DNA from: Longimicrobiales bacterium
Lineage (GTDB): Bacteria > Gemmatimonadota > Gemmatimonadetes > Longimicrobiales > Gaopeijiaceae
Length of the DNA stretch: 64,000 nucleotides
Direction of reading: 5' to 3'
Assembly: GCA_965203485.1 (NCBI GenBank)
Contig: OZ241892.1
Location: 2,592,001-2,656,000, forward strand
Part shown: positions 10,912-21,355 of the stretch, one piece after another
Position numbering within the stretch: position 1 is the first letter of the stretch
How the letters are laid out: each line of letters starts with the position of its first letter
Program-made: the position numbers and the translations under genes
Notes under the pieces: model-generated
What the model was told of the DNA's origin: nothing
Seen by the model: the letters and a program-made list of their open reading frames with translations, nothing else
Database searches by the model: none

Positions 10912-11537
10912 GGGCCGGACCCGGGCGAACCGATCCGCACGTCGCGCATCGGCGAGTCGGCGACCAACTCCGACTGGCCGGCGGCGTGTCCGTTCATCTT
11001 GAGGACGTAGGCCACGACGTCCAGGTAGACCTGCTCTTCCAGTCCGCCCGGATTGTTGTCGGGCATCGTGGAGCGCACGGTGCGGAAGAACGAATAGACG
11101 GTGCGGCGTCCCCAGTTCGACCGGAAGGCCGTCCCGCGGAACTCGCCCGTGGCGTGGCACTCGGAGCAGGTCTCCTCGAAGACCCGGCGTCCGCGGGTCG
11201 CTTGCGGCTCCGAATAGATGGCGGGTACGGAGGGCGCTGCCGCCTCGCCGGCGGCGGCGGGCCGCACTGCGGCCGCCTCGGAGTCGGCCCTGCGCTCGGA
11301 GCCGGCCCCGTCGGCGGCGACGGCCTCGTCGCCATCCCCGCCGCCTTCGTCCGAGGCCGTCCCGGCCGCGCCCACCGCTCCCGTCGAGCCGGGGGCGGCT
11401 ACGGGTCCCGCGGACGCGCAGGCCGCCGACCAGACGGCCAGCGCACCCAACGCGGCCGCCAAGCCGCGCGACGGCCGTCGTCGAGGCGGCCGCCGGCCGT
11501 TCCGGCGAGTCGCCCTTTCGAGGTCCGCGCCCGTCAT
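10908..11537 (-). CDS. Monoheme cytochrome c, probable lipoprotein
   Basis: CSECH heme motif, distal MP, SAAC lipobox-like, Ala/Gly/Asp-rich linker. Confidence 0.88.
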   Translation of the reverse strand: MTGADLERATRRNGRRPPRRRPSRGLAAALGALAVWSAACASAGPVAAPGSTGAVGAAGTASDEGGGDGDEAVAADGAGSERRADSEAAAVRPAAAGEAAAPSVPAIYSEPQATRGRRVFEETCSECHATGEFRGTAFRSNWGRRTVYSFFRTVRSTMPDNNPGGLEEQVYLDVVAYVLKMNGHAAGQSELVADSPMRDVRIGSPGSGP

Positions 11538-11629
11538 GGCTATGTTCCTTTCCCGCCGAACCGAGTATTATGGCGGCCGTCAGTTGCCAGCCGGTCCGTT
11601 CGCGTCCCCAATATACAGATGGAGTCGGC

Positions 11630-12649
11630 ATGATGCGCAGGCGAGTTCTTGCCCTTCTGGCCGTCGGCGTGCTGGCCAGCCACGCATGCGAATCCAAGAT
11701 GGTCGCGCTGGGCGACTACACCAGCATCATCGTCACGGCGTCGCCGGACCTCTGGGCCGAGGCGGAGCGGCCCGTCACGGAGGCCCTGGAGCGGACCACG
11801 TTCACGGTGCGCGAAGAGAAGACGTTCACGGTCACGCACCGCGACCCGTCGGACTCCGCCGCCTGGGAGCTCCGCCTGCTCAAGCAGCAGCTGGTGATCG
11901 GCACGCCCGACGACCCGTGGGTCCAGGCGGCGCTGTCGCGGAAGCAACTCGGCTCGTTGCCGAGGGTCGTCCTGGAGTCGAACGTGTGGGCGCGCCAGCA
12001 GGCCGTGACCGTGGTCGTGCTGGACGAGCCGCGGGCCGAGTCGCTGACGGGGCTTCTGCCGGATCTGGCGGCGCACTTCGACGAGTCCTACCGGAAGTGG
12101 GTGGCGCAACGCATGTTCGCGTCGGGCGCCAACACGGAGTTGGCAAGTTCGCTGATGGAGGACGCGGGATTCTCGCTGCTCCTGCCCAAGGTGTACGAGC
12201 ACACCGTCCGCGACTCGGTGCACGTGTTCCGCAACGACAACCCCGATCCGTCGGAGCTGATTCGCCAAATCGCGGTCACGTGGTGGGACCACGTGCCCAA
12301 GGAGACGTTGCGGGGCGAAGACCTGCTCGACTGGAGGGCCGAGATCGTCGAGGACTACTACAGCTATCCGCAGGTCGTGAAGGGCGGCGCACTCGACGGC
12401 GGGCCGGACGAGTTCCACGGCAGGCCGTCGTACCGAGTGCAAGGCGTGTGGGAGAATCCGCCCGGCGACGACTTTCCGGCCGGCGGGCCGTTCGTCCTGA
12501 GGGCGATCGCCTGCTTCGGTCCGCAGATGGTCTCGAACCGTCTCTACCTCGTGGACGCTTGGCTGTACGCGCCGGGCAAGGAAAAGTACGCGTACATGAT
12601 ACAGCTGGAGAACATACTGGACTCCTTTTCGTGCGCTCAGTCGCCGTAG
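11630..12649 (+). CDS. DUF4837-like lipoprotein
   Basis: Signal ending in HAC, NVWARQQ, GVWEN....AGGPF, LYAPGKEK. Confidence 0.75.
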   Translation: MMRRRVLALLAVGVLASHACESKMVALGDYTSIIVTASPDLWAEAERPVTEALERTTFTVREEKTFTVTHRDPSDSAAWELRLLKQQLVIGTPDDPWVQAALSRKQLGSLPRVVLESNVWARQQAVTVVVLDEPRAESLTGLLPDLAAHFDESYRKWVAQRMFASGANTELASSLMEDAGFSLLLPKVYEHTVRDSVHVFRNDNPDPSELIRQIAVTWWDHVPKETLRGEDLLDWRAEIVEDYYSYPQVVKGGALDGGPDEFHGRPSYRVQGVWENPPGDDFPAGGPFVLRAIACFGPQMVSNRLYLVDAWLYAPGKEKYAYMIQLENILDSFSCAQSP

Positions 12650-12786
12650 GGGCGCAGTCGCCCGGGACGGCGCCCGCGCTTCCAGGAGTCCAGCTGGAGG
12701 CGTTCGGCCGCATTCGGCCGTCCCGCGGCGCCGGGGTGTTCGGTGACGCCGGCCCTCCACGCCCGCGCTTGTAAGAGGGACAGCCC

Positions 12787-15700
12787 TTGTCGTTCGTTCA
12801 TCTGCATGCCCATTCGGAGTACTCTCTGCTGGACGGCGCAAACCGAATCGCCGACTTGGTGCGCAAGGCGAAGCGGTTCGAGATGCCCGCGGTAGCGCTC
12901 ACGGACCACGGTTGCTTGTACGGCGCCTGGGCGTTTCACAGGCAGGCGCGACGCGAAGGCGTGAAGCCGGTGATCGGAATGGAAGCCTACGTGGCCACGG
13001 GCGACCGCCGCGACAGGACTCCCGCGCCGTCGGGACCGGTCAGGTCCTATCACTTGGTGCTGCTGGCGCGAGACCACACCGGCTACAAGAACTTGGTCAA
13101 GCTTTCGTCGATCGGGTACACGGAGGGATTCTACTACAAGCCGCGCGTGGACCGGGAGACGCTGGCGCGGCATTCGGACGGACTCGTCGTCACGTCGGCG
13201 TGCATGGCCGGCGAAGTGTGCAGGCACCTGGCCGCAGGCGCGCGCGACGCGGCCCGGGAGACGGCGGAGTGGTACGCTGAAGTGTTTCGCGACCGCTACT
13301 ACCTGGAGGTCCAGGCGCACGGCACGGAAGGCCAAGCGGAACTCAACGAACAGGTGTTCGAGCTGGCCGACGAGCTGGGGTTGCCGGTCGTGGCCACGAA
13401 CGACGCGCACTTCCTGGAGCCCGGGCATCATGCGGCGCACGACGTTCTCGTGTGCATCGGCACCGCCAAGAACCGCGACGACGCCGACCGCCTCTCGTAC
13501 GACGACGGCCTCTACTTCAAGTCGCCCGACGAAATGGCCGCCGCGTTCGCGGAGCGCCCGGACGCAATCGCCAACACGCTCAAGATCGCGGACGAGGTCG
13601 GCTTGGCGCTGGAGAAGCAGACGCACTTGCCCACGTTCCCGCTGCCCAAGCGCTTCAAGGACGACGCGGCGTACTTGGTTCACTTGGCCGAGCGGGGGGC
13701 GCGGGAGCGCTACGGCGAAACGTTGCCGAAACACGTCCAAGGGCGGCTCGAGTACGAACTCGACGTAATCGCCAAGACGGGCTACGCCGGCTACTTCCTC
13801 ATCACTTGGGACTTCATCCGCTGGGCGCGGGAGAAGCAGATACCGGTCGGGCCCGGACGCGGCTCGGCGGCGGGCTCGCTCGTGTCGTACTCGTTGCGCA
13901 TCACGGACGTCGATCCGCTCGAGCACGACCTGCTGTTCGAGCGGTTCCTGAACCCGGAACGGATTTCGATGCCGGACATCGACATCGACTTCTGCTACGA
14001 ACGACGGGGCGAGGTGATCGAGTACGTGCGCCAAAAGTACGGACGGGACGCGGTCGGCCAGATCGTCACGTTCGGGACGCTGAAGAGCCGGGCGGCGGTC
14101 AAGGACGTCGGACGCGTGCTGGGGTTCTCGGCGGGCGAGACCGACCGCATCGCCAAGATGATTCCCAACCAGCCGGGCAAGAGCTACACGGTGGCCGAGG
14201 CAGTGGCGCAGATCCGAGGCGTCAAGGAGCTGTACGACTCGGACGAGCGGCACCGCAGGCTCTTCGACTACGCGACGACGCTGGAGGGCCTGTCGCGCCA
14301 CGCGTCGGTCCATGCCGCGGGCGTCGTGATCGCTCCGGGGCCGCTGCAGGACTACGTGCCGGTGTGCACGCAGGCGAGGGGCGTCCGCAACGGCTCGGTC
14401 TCCGACCAGGCGAACAGGAACCAGGACGTCGTCACGCAGTACGACATGGGCTGCCTGGAAGACGCCGGGATGCTCAAGATGGACTTCCTGGGACTCAAGA
14501 CGCTCACCGTGGTGTGCGACGCCGTGCGCAGCGTGCGGGCGCGCGTCGGCGAGTTCCGTCATCCCGCCGGCGGCGACGCCTACGAGTCCGACGCCATGGA
14601 CGACGTGCCGCTGGACGACCCGGCGGTCTACGAGATGCTCGCGCAAGGACGCACTTCGGGCGTCTTCCAGTTCGAGTCCAGCTTGGCGGCCGACAAGCTG
14701 CGCGCCATGCGTTGCGACCGCTTCGACGACCTCGTGGCCACCAATGCCCTTATCCGTCCCGGACCGCTCGACTCGGGCATGACGGAACGCTATGTCAGGC
14801 GCAAGCTGGGCGACGAACCGGTGGCCTATCCGGCGCCCGAATTGGAAGGCGTGCTCGAGTCGACGTTCGGCATCATCGTCTATCAGGAGCAGGTGATGCG
14901 CATAGCCAGCGAGTTGGCCGGCTATTCGCTGGCCGAGGCGGACGTGCTGCGCAAGGCCATGGGCAAGAAGGACGCGGAGCTGATCCGCGCCGAACTCGCC
15001 CGCTTCCAGGACCGCGCCGTGAAGCGGGGGCTGGCCAAGCGCGCGGCCAGGGCGCTGGCGAAGCAGATCGAGACGTTCGGGCGCTACGGCTTCAACAAGG
15101 CGCACTCGGTGGCCTATTCGCTACTGTCGTACCAGACGGCGTGGCTCAAGCGTCACTATCCGGCCGACTTCATGGCGGCGCTACTTTCGTCCGTGGTGGA
15201 CAAGACGGACGACGTCGTGAAGTACATCGGCGAGTGCAAGGCAATGGGCATCGACGTGCTGCCGCCGGACGTGAACGAGTGCGGATGGAAGTTCACGTCG
15301 ATCCGCGAGGACGCGATTCGCTTCGGCTTGGGCGCGGTGAAGGGCCTGGGCGCCTCGGCCGTCGAGTCGATCCTGCAGGCGCGGGCGGAAAGCGGGGCGT
15401 TTCGAAGCCTCTACGACCTGCTGGAGCGCGTCGACGTGCAGGCGCTGAACAGGCGGGCGTGCGAAGCGCTGATCGCTTCGGGGGCGCTCGATTCGCTGGG
15501 AGGCCGAGCGCAGCTGGACGGTGCGCTGGAGGCGGCCCTGGCCGACGCGAATGCGAAGGCGAGGGCGGCGGAGCTGGGACAGGGCACGCTCTTCGGCGGC
15601 GGAGCGGCGGGCGAGGCGGCGGCGGGCGACGCCCTCCCGACGGTGCCGGACTGGGAAGAGCGGGAGCGGCTGGCGCGCGAGAAGGAGGTGCTGGGGTTCT

Positions 15701-16308
15701 ACATCTCGGGCCACCCGCTGGACCGGCACGGGGACGTGGCGAGGGTCTTCGACGACCTGGGCAGGAAGCCCCTCCGGGACCGGACCGGCGCCACCGTGCA
15801 GATCGCATGCGTCGTCACGTCGGTCGCGCCGCAGGTCTCGCGGCGGGACGGCTCGGCGTGGGCGAAGGTCGGAGTCGAGACCTTCAACGGCGCCGCCGCC
15901 GTGCTCGCGTTCGGCGAGGCGTGGCAACAGCACCGCGAGGTCGTCGTGCCGGACGCCGTGCTCCTGCTCCGGGGCAAGGTGAGCGACAGGGAGCGCGACG
16001 AGGGCGACCCGCCGGTGTTCCTCGACGCGGCCGAGCGTCTTGCAGACGTGCCGGGCACCGGCCGCTTGGCCGTGCGCATCGACCTGCCCGGCGATTCCCG
16101 GCTGGACGCCGACGCCTTCGCGCGGGTCCGCGCGCTCGTGGAGTCCCGGCGGGGCCGCGACCACTTGGAGGTCGCCGTCCGCGACGCCAACGGGGAGTCC
16201 CCGAAGCGGCTCCGCTCGCGCTCCCTAGGCGTGACCGCAGACCCCGCGATCGTTCACGCGCTCGACGATATACTGGGAGAGGGAAGGACGACCCTCGCGA
16301 GGGCGTGA
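12787..16308 (+). CDS. dnaE: DNA polymerase III alpha subunit
   Basis: PHP HLHAHSEYSLLDG, GPGRGSAAGS, PDIDIDF, KMDFLGL, YGFNKAH. Confidence 0.98.
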   Translation: MSFVHLHAHSEYSLLDGANRIADLVRKAKRFEMPAVALTDHGCLYGAWAFHRQARREGVKPVIGMEAYVATGDRRDRTPAPSGPVRSYHLVLLARDHTGYKNLVKLSSIGYTEGFYYKPRVDRETLARHSDGLVVTSACMAGEVCRHLAAGARDAARETAEWYAEVFRDRYYLEVQAHGTEGQAELNEQVFELADELGLPVVATNDAHFLEPGHHAAHDVLVCIGTAKNRDDADRLSYDDGLYFKSPDEMAAAFAERPDAIANTLKIADEVGLALEKQTHLPTFPLPKRFKDDAAYLVHLAERGARERYGETLPKHVQGRLEYELDVIAKTGYAGYFLITWDFIRWAREKQIPVGPGRGSAAGSLVSYSLRITDVDPLEHDLLFERFLNPERISMPDIDIDFCYERRGEVIEYVRQKYGRDAVGQIVTFGTLKSRAAVKDVGRVLGFSAGETDRIAKMIPNQPGKSYTVAEAVAQIRGVKELYDSDERHRRLFDYATTLEGLSRHASVHAAGVVIAPGPLQDYVPVCTQARGVRNGSVSDQANRNQDVVTQYDMGCLEDAGMLKMDFLGLKTLTVVCDAVRSVRARVGEFRHPAGGDAYESDAMDDVPLDDPAVYEMLAQGRTSGVFQFESSLAADKLRAMRCDRFDDLVATNALIRPGPLDSGMTERYVRRKLGDEPVAYPAPELEGVLESTFGIIVYQEQVMRIASELAGYSLAEADVLRKAMGKKDAELIRAELARFQDRAVKRGLAKRAARALAKQIETFGRYGFNKAHSVAYSLLSYQTAWLKRHYPADFMAALLSSVVDKTDDVVKYIGECKAMGIDVLPPDVNECGWKFTSIREDAIRFGLGAVKGLGASAVESILQARAESGAFRSLYDLLERVDVQALNRRACEALIASGALDSLGGRAQLDGALEAALADANAKARAAELGQGTLFGGGAAGEAAAGDALPTVPDWEERERLAREKEVLGFYISGHPLDRHGDVARVFDDLGRKPLRDRTGATVQIACVVTSVAPQVSRRDGSAWAKVGVETFNGAAAVLAFGEAWQQHREVVVPDAVLLLRGKVSDRERDEGDPPVFLDAAERLADVPGTGRLAVRIDLPGDSRLDADAFARVRALVESRRGRDHLEVAVRDANGESPKRLRSRSLGVTADPAIVHALDDILGEGRTTLARA

Positions 16309-16338
16309 GAACGGCGGGGCGCGCCGGGACGCCGCCGA

Positions 16339-16830
16339 CTATCCTCCCTGCCGCCGGCGCGCATTGCGGGCGAGCATCTCCGCCAGCTTCTCGCGCTGGG
16401 CCTCGTCGAGGACCTCGTCGATTCCGTCCCTGAGCGCGGCCAGGGCGGGCGCCAAGTCCCGCGCCGGATTGCCGTACTTCTCGCTCCAGCGACGACGCGC
16501 CTCGGCGATCGCGGCGCGGTCCCGGCCGGCCATGGCCTCGCGCATCTCCTCGCGCAAGGCCGAGAACCGCTCCAGAGCGTCGGCGTTGTCGTTGCGGAAC
16601 CCCGCCGCCAGCCTCGCGACGCGTCTCGCTTGCCCCTCGGCGAGCGAAAGGCTGTCGGCGAGCGCGTCGACTCCCCCGGCCAGATGCCGCAGCAGAGTCT
16701 GGCCCTCGGCCATGGCGCGATTCTGCGCCTGCCCGCCCCGCTGGGCGCGCGCGTCGAGCGGAAGGGCAAGGACGGCTGCGAAGCCGACGGCGAGGGCAGG
16801 CGCAGACGAGCGAAGAGCGGGCAAGGACAT
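16339..16830 (-). CDS. Exported helical protein (Spy/CpxP-like)
   Basis: Signal peptide (ARA-Q), LSLAEGQ and VLDEAQREK LTxxQ-like motifs; AAGGAG RBS. Confidence 0.6.
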   Translation of the reverse strand: MSLPALRSSAPALAVGFAAVLALPLDARAQRGGQAQNRAMAEGQTLLRHLAGGVDALADSLSLAEGQARRVARLAAGFRNDNADALERFSALREEMREAMAGRDRAAIAEARRRWSEKYGNPARDLAPALAALRDGIDEVLDEAQREKLAEMLARNARRRQGG

Positions 16831-17074
16831 GGCGCACTCCTTTTAAGGGGTGGGGACAACGGCGACACAGAGGCATGGCGCGTCCGTCGAGTCTATGTCC
16901 AAGGCCAGCCCGGGCGCAACACCACGCCGGCCCCCCGATCCGGTCGCGAGCATCCGCCGGCCACGCGGCCGATGCGTCGCGGCATCATGGCGCCGCTCCG
17001 CTTTCGCCGTCGCCTTCGGCGAACATCGGCCAGCCGCCCGCCGATACCGCGGCAAGCCCGCCGTCGCCGTCCGC

Positions 17075-17995
17075 CTACGTCGCGGCAAACCGAGAATCCG
17101 CGAGCCGGGCGGCCCTCTGCCAGAGCCGCGGGGCGCCCAGCTCGGCCGCCGCTTCGCGGAAGACCGGCGACGGCCCGCGCCATTCGAGCTCGCCCACGTC
17201 GCCGAACAGGGCGACGCCGTTGCGGAGCGTGGCCAAGTCGCGGAAGAGGAGGGCGTGGGCCCTGTCCTCCCGAAGGGCGGCCGCCAGGCGGGACGCTCCA
17301 CGCACCTGCACGTCCCATATCCTTGCCCGGCCCGGGATCGCTTCGATCGATCCGTAGCGGCCAAGCACGGCGGCCGCCGACTTCGGCCCCCATCCCGGCA
17401 AGCCCGGGAAGCCGTCCGCGCTGTCCCCGACGAGGGCCAAGTAGTCGGGGATGACGGCCGGCGGCACGCCGAACTTGTCGACCACGCCCTGCTCGTCCCG
17501 AATCGCGCCGGTCCTGCGGTCGAGCTGAACCACTCGCCTGCCCACGACGCATTGGGCGAGGTCCTTGTCGGGCGTGCAGAGATGCACGACGTCCACGCGG
17601 CGGTCGCGCGCGGCCAACGCCGCCCCGGAGGCGAGCCCGTCGTCCGCCTCCAGCTCCTCCATCGGCCAAACCACGATCCCCATCGCTTGGAGCGCGTCCT
17701 CCAGAGGCCCGAACTGCGCCCGCAGCTCCGGTGCGATGCCGGCGCCCGTCTTGTAGTCGGCCCAGAGATCGTTGCGGAAAGACTCGACCACGTGGTCCGT
17801 GGCGACCGCCACGTGCGTGGCGCCCTGCTCCAGCATCGAAAGCATGGAAGCGAGAACCGACCGAACCGCTCCTCTCTCGGCCCCGCTTGCGTCGGCCCGC
17901 CGGGGTGCCCCGTAGAAGTGGCGGAACAGCTCGTACGTGCCGTCGACCAGATGAACGTCCAACTTGGGCCACGCTCTCCTTTCGGCGGCCACCAA
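17075..17995 (-). CDS. Stand-alone 5'-3' exonuclease/flap endonuclease
   Basis: LVDGTYELFR, EADD, DKDLAQ, ALVGDSADGFPGLPGWGPKSA (H3TH). Confidence 0.92.
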   Translation of the reverse strand: MVAAERRAWPKLDVHLVDGTYELFRHFYGAPRRADASGAERGAVRSVLASMLSMLEQGATHVAVATDHVVESFRNDLWADYKTGAGIAPELRAQFGPLEDALQAMGIVVWPMEELEADDGLASGAALAARDRRVDVVHLCTPDKDLAQCVVGRRVVQLDRRTGAIRDEQGVVDKFGVPPAVIPDYLALVGDSADGFPGLPGWGPKSAAAVLGRYGSIEAIPGRARIWDVQVRGASRLAAALREDRAHALLFRDLATLRNGVALFGDVGELEWRGPSPVFREAAAELGAPRLWQRAARLADSRFAAT

Positions 17996-18177
17996 CTCGC
18001 CGCAAGCGCAACAGACAACGCAAGGGACATTTCAGGCCCACGAAATCTCAGCCGCCGGCGCGCCGCGGCAAGGCCGCGTTCGCTAGCTTGTCCCCGTCGC
18101 GCCATTGCCTGCAAGCCCAACCCCGACGATCGTGAGCGGCCTGCTCCGCCCGTCCGCCGCCGTCCGCGCCAGCCCCG

Positions 18178-19242
18178 ATGCCCGTCCATCCTCGCCCCGA
18201 ATACGCCCCGTTGCGACGCTACCAGCCGGACCGGTCGCCGGTGGCCGCCGACCTGAGCGACAACCGCAACCACTGGGGCCCGCATCCTGCGGCGGTGGAG
18301 GCCGTGGCAACGGTGCGGGGGGCCATGCTGTCCGAGTATCCGGCTTCCTACGGCGACGAGCTCGCCGGCGCGGCCGCCGCCAAGTGGGAGGTGGCAAGGG
18401 AATCGGTCGTGACGGGGGTCGGCGGCACCGGCGTGCTCGACGTCGCGATGCGCGCGGTGGCCCCGTCGCAGCTCCGCTATCTGGCGCCGGGCTGGCCCGC
18501 GGCGGCGATGCTGGCCCGCATGAACGGTCACGAACCCGTCGCCGTCGATTGGGACGAAGGGCTGGCCGACCCCCAGCGCTTCGCGGGCCGGGCGCCGTGC
18601 GTCGTGTACGTTGTGAACCCCGCCAACCCGACGGGCGAGCGGATGCCGGACGGCTGGGTGGCGGCCGTGCAGGAGGCCGCCGAGCGCGTCGGCAGCGTCA
18701 CGATCGTGGACGAGGCGTACGCCGAGTACGCAGACGGCGGGGAGAGCCGGGAGGGCGTCGATCTGGCGATGTCGGGAGAGCGCGCGCTGTGCGTCAGAAC
18801 GATGTCCAAGGCATACGGTCTCGCGGGCTTGCGGGCCGGCTACGGAATCGGAAGCCCGTCCCTGGCGTTCGAAGTGGACAAGGCGCGCGGACCGTTCGCG
18901 CTGTCCAGCTTGGCCGCGGCCGGAGGCGCCGCGGCCCTCTCCAGCGACTCGCCTTGGCTGGCGGAGACGCTCGCGGACGCTCGCCGCTCGCGGGCGCGCG
19001 TGCGGACGGCCCTCGCGGAGCGCGGCCGGGACGTGCCGCCGTCGCAGGCCAACTTCGTCTTCGTGCCGTGGCCGGAAGACGGGCTGGCGGCCGCCGCCGC
19101 CTCGCTGGAAGCCGCCGGCGTCAGGGTGCGACCCTTCTCTGGGGCGGCGCGGCACACGGGTTTTCGCGTAACCGTGGCGCCGTGGGAGACGATGCGGCGC
19201 TTTCTGGCCGGACTGGACCGCGCGGCCCGGGCGAGCGCTTGA
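18178..19242 (+). CDS. hisC: Histidinol-phosphate aminotransferase-like PLP enzyme
   Basis: DLSDN, NPANPTG, DEAYAEY, RTMSKAYGLAGLRAGY, SQANFV. Confidence 0.8.
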   Translation: MPVHPRPEYAPLRRYQPDRSPVAADLSDNRNHWGPHPAAVEAVATVRGAMLSEYPASYGDELAGAAAAKWEVARESVVTGVGGTGVLDVAMRAVAPSQLRYLAPGWPAAAMLARMNGHEPVAVDWDEGLADPQRFAGRAPCVVYVVNPANPTGERMPDGWVAAVQEAAERVGSVTIVDEAYAEYADGGESREGVDLAMSGERALCVRTMSKAYGLAGLRAGYGIGSPSLAFEVDKARGPFALSSLAAAGGAAALSSDSPWLAETLADARRSRARVRTALAERGRDVPPSQANFVFVPWPEDGLAAAAASLEAAGVRVRPFSGAARHTGFRVTVAPWETMRRFLAGLDRAARASA

Positions 19243-19368
19243 GGCGGCGGGCCCCGGAGCGCGCAGACCTCCGCACCGAGACCGGCGCGACAGGACCCGG
19301 GGCGCCGTGAGCGACGCCGACGCCGGTCGCGCAGTGCGGGAGGCCGGCGCGACCACAAGCAAGTCGCC

Positions 19369-21165
19369 GTGAGCGGCGCCGGCTCCGCCTACGAGGAGGA
19401 CGTGCTGGGCAAGGCGTACGACGCCCGCCTGATGGCCCGGCTGTTGCGCTATCTGCGCCCCTATGCGCTTCAGGTGGCGGGAGCGGTGCTCCTCCTGATG
19501 CTCGCGTCGGGGCTGGCGGTCGTGGGGCCGTACCTCACCAAGATCGCGCTCGACGAAGCGATCCCGGCGCGCGACTTCGACCAGCTCTTGCGCTTGGCGG
19601 CCGTGTACGCGGCCACCCTTCTGCTGATCTTCGCGTTTCAATACGCTCAAGCGCTCCTGACGACGTGGCTCGGCCAACGGGTCATGCACGATCTCAGAAC
19701 TCAGCTGTTCCGCAAGCTCCAGCAGCTCGACCTGCGCTTCTACGACCGCAACCCGGTCGGGCGTCTCATGACGCGCATCACGTCGGACGTCGAAACGCTG
19801 AACGAGCTGTTCAGCTCCGGCATCGTCACGGTGTTCGGCGACTTGTTCATTCTCTTCTTCATCGTCGCCGCTATGCTGCACATGGACGCCGAACTGGCGC
19901 TGGTGACGTTCAGCGTACTGCCGTTTCTGGGATGGTCGGCGTTCGTGTTCCGGTCGAGCATTCGAAACGCCTACCGCGACATCCGAGTTCGGCTGGCGCG
20001 GATGAACGCGTTCTTGCAGGAGCGGCTGACCGGAATGCGCGTCGTGCAGCTGTTCAACCGAGAAGACGCCGATCACCGGCAGTTCGCAAGGCTCAACGAC
20101 GACTATCTTTCGGCCCACCTGCGCTCGATCACGTACTACGCCTTGTTCTTTCCCGTAGTGCAACTGTTCACGGCGGTGGCCCTGGCCCTGATCGTATGGC
20201 ACGGGGGCGGCGCCGTCGCTCAGGGCGCCGTTACGCTGGGCGTGCTCGCGGCCTTCCTGGACTATGCGCGCCGCTTCTTCCGGCCGATCCAGGACCTCTC
20301 GGACAAGTACAACCTTTTGCAGGGCGCCATGGCTTCGTCCGAGCGCGTGTTCGGCATCCTCGACAAGGAGCCGGCGATCCGCGATCATCCTTCGCCCGTC
20401 GCCTTTCCGTCCGGCGCACCCGGAGAGATCCGCTTCGACCGAGTGTGGTTCGCGTACGACGGCGCCGACGACCCGGAGGAGCCGACATGGGCGGTTCAGG
20501 ACTTGTCGTTCTCGGTGGCGCCCGGCGAGCGGGTGGCGATCGTCGGCCACACCGGAGCCGGCAAGACCACGATCATCAACCTGCTCATGAGGTTCTACGA
20601 GCCGCAGCGCGGAAGCATCGCCGTGGACGGGGTGCCGGTCGACCGGCCGCGCGTCCGCGACTTGCGGGCTCGGGTCGGGCTGGTGCTGCAAGACGTCTTC
20701 TTGTTCAGCCGGTCGGTGGAATACAACGTGCGCCTCGACTCGGCCCCCAACGGCCGCGGGACCGGCGAAGCACTGGCGGCTGTCGGCGCCGATGCCTTCG
20801 TCGAACGCCTGCCCCGCGGCGCGGCGCAACCTCTCGCGGAACGCGGCGCCAACCTGTCCGTCGGCGAGCGGCAACTGCTGTCCTTCGCCCGCGCACTGGC
20901 CTTCGACCCCGACATCCTTGTGCTCGACGAGGCCACGAGTTCGGTCGACTCGCAACTCGAAGCGCGCATCGAAGAAGCCACGGACCGGCTGACCGAGGGC
21001 CGCACTTGCTTGGTCGTCGCCCACCGGCTGTCCACGATCCAGGGCGCCGACCGAATCCTAGTGATGCACAAGGGCCGCCTGGCCGAGCAGGGAACGCACC
21101 GCGAGCTGCTGGCGGCCGGGGGCCTCTACTCCAAGCTTCACGAGCTTCAGTTTTCGCGGCGATGA
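19369..21165 (+). CDS. ABC exporter, fused permease/ATPase
   Basis: TM domain followed by GHTGAGKT, LSVGERQ, LVLDEATS, AHRLST. Confidence 0.95.
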   Translation: MSGAGSAYEEDVLGKAYDARLMARLLRYLRPYALQVAGAVLLLMLASGLAVVGPYLTKIALDEAIPARDFDQLLRLAAVYAATLLLIFAFQYAQALLTTWLGQRVMHDLRTQLFRKLQQLDLRFYDRNPVGRLMTRITSDVETLNELFSSGIVTVFGDLFILFFIVAAMLHMDAELALVTFSVLPFLGWSAFVFRSSIRNAYRDIRVRLARMNAFLQERLTGMRVVQLFNREDADHRQFARLNDDYLSAHLRSITYYALFFPVVQLFTAVALALIVWHGGGAVAQGAVTLGVLAAFLDYARRFFRPIQDLSDKYNLLQGAMASSERVFGILDKEPAIRDHPSPVAFPSGAPGEIRFDRVWFAYDGADDPEEPTWAVQDLSFSVAPGERVAIVGHTGAGKTTIINLLMRFYEPQRGSIAVDGVPVDRPRVRDLRARVGLVLQDVFLFSRSVEYNVRLDSAPNGRGTGEALAAVGADAFVERLPRGAAQPLAERGANLSVGERQLLSFARALAFDPDILVLDEATSSVDSQLEARIEEATDRLTEGRTCLVVAHRLSTIQGADRILVMHKGRLAEQGTHRELLAAGGLYSKLHELQFSRR

Positions 21166-21355
21166 CGCCGGACCCTCCGCCGGACGAGCAGGCGGCCCGG
21201 TCGCGCGAGCGGCGATTCCGACGATGTCCGGTCCGGCGCCGCATCTGCGCCGTGCGCTAGCTTCATGTCGTGGACCGGGCCGCGTGGCCCGCGCGTCGGA
21301 AGGCCGTCCGTGACACGGGCCCTCGCAGGGCCGCACAAACCAGGGAGAAGGAAAA

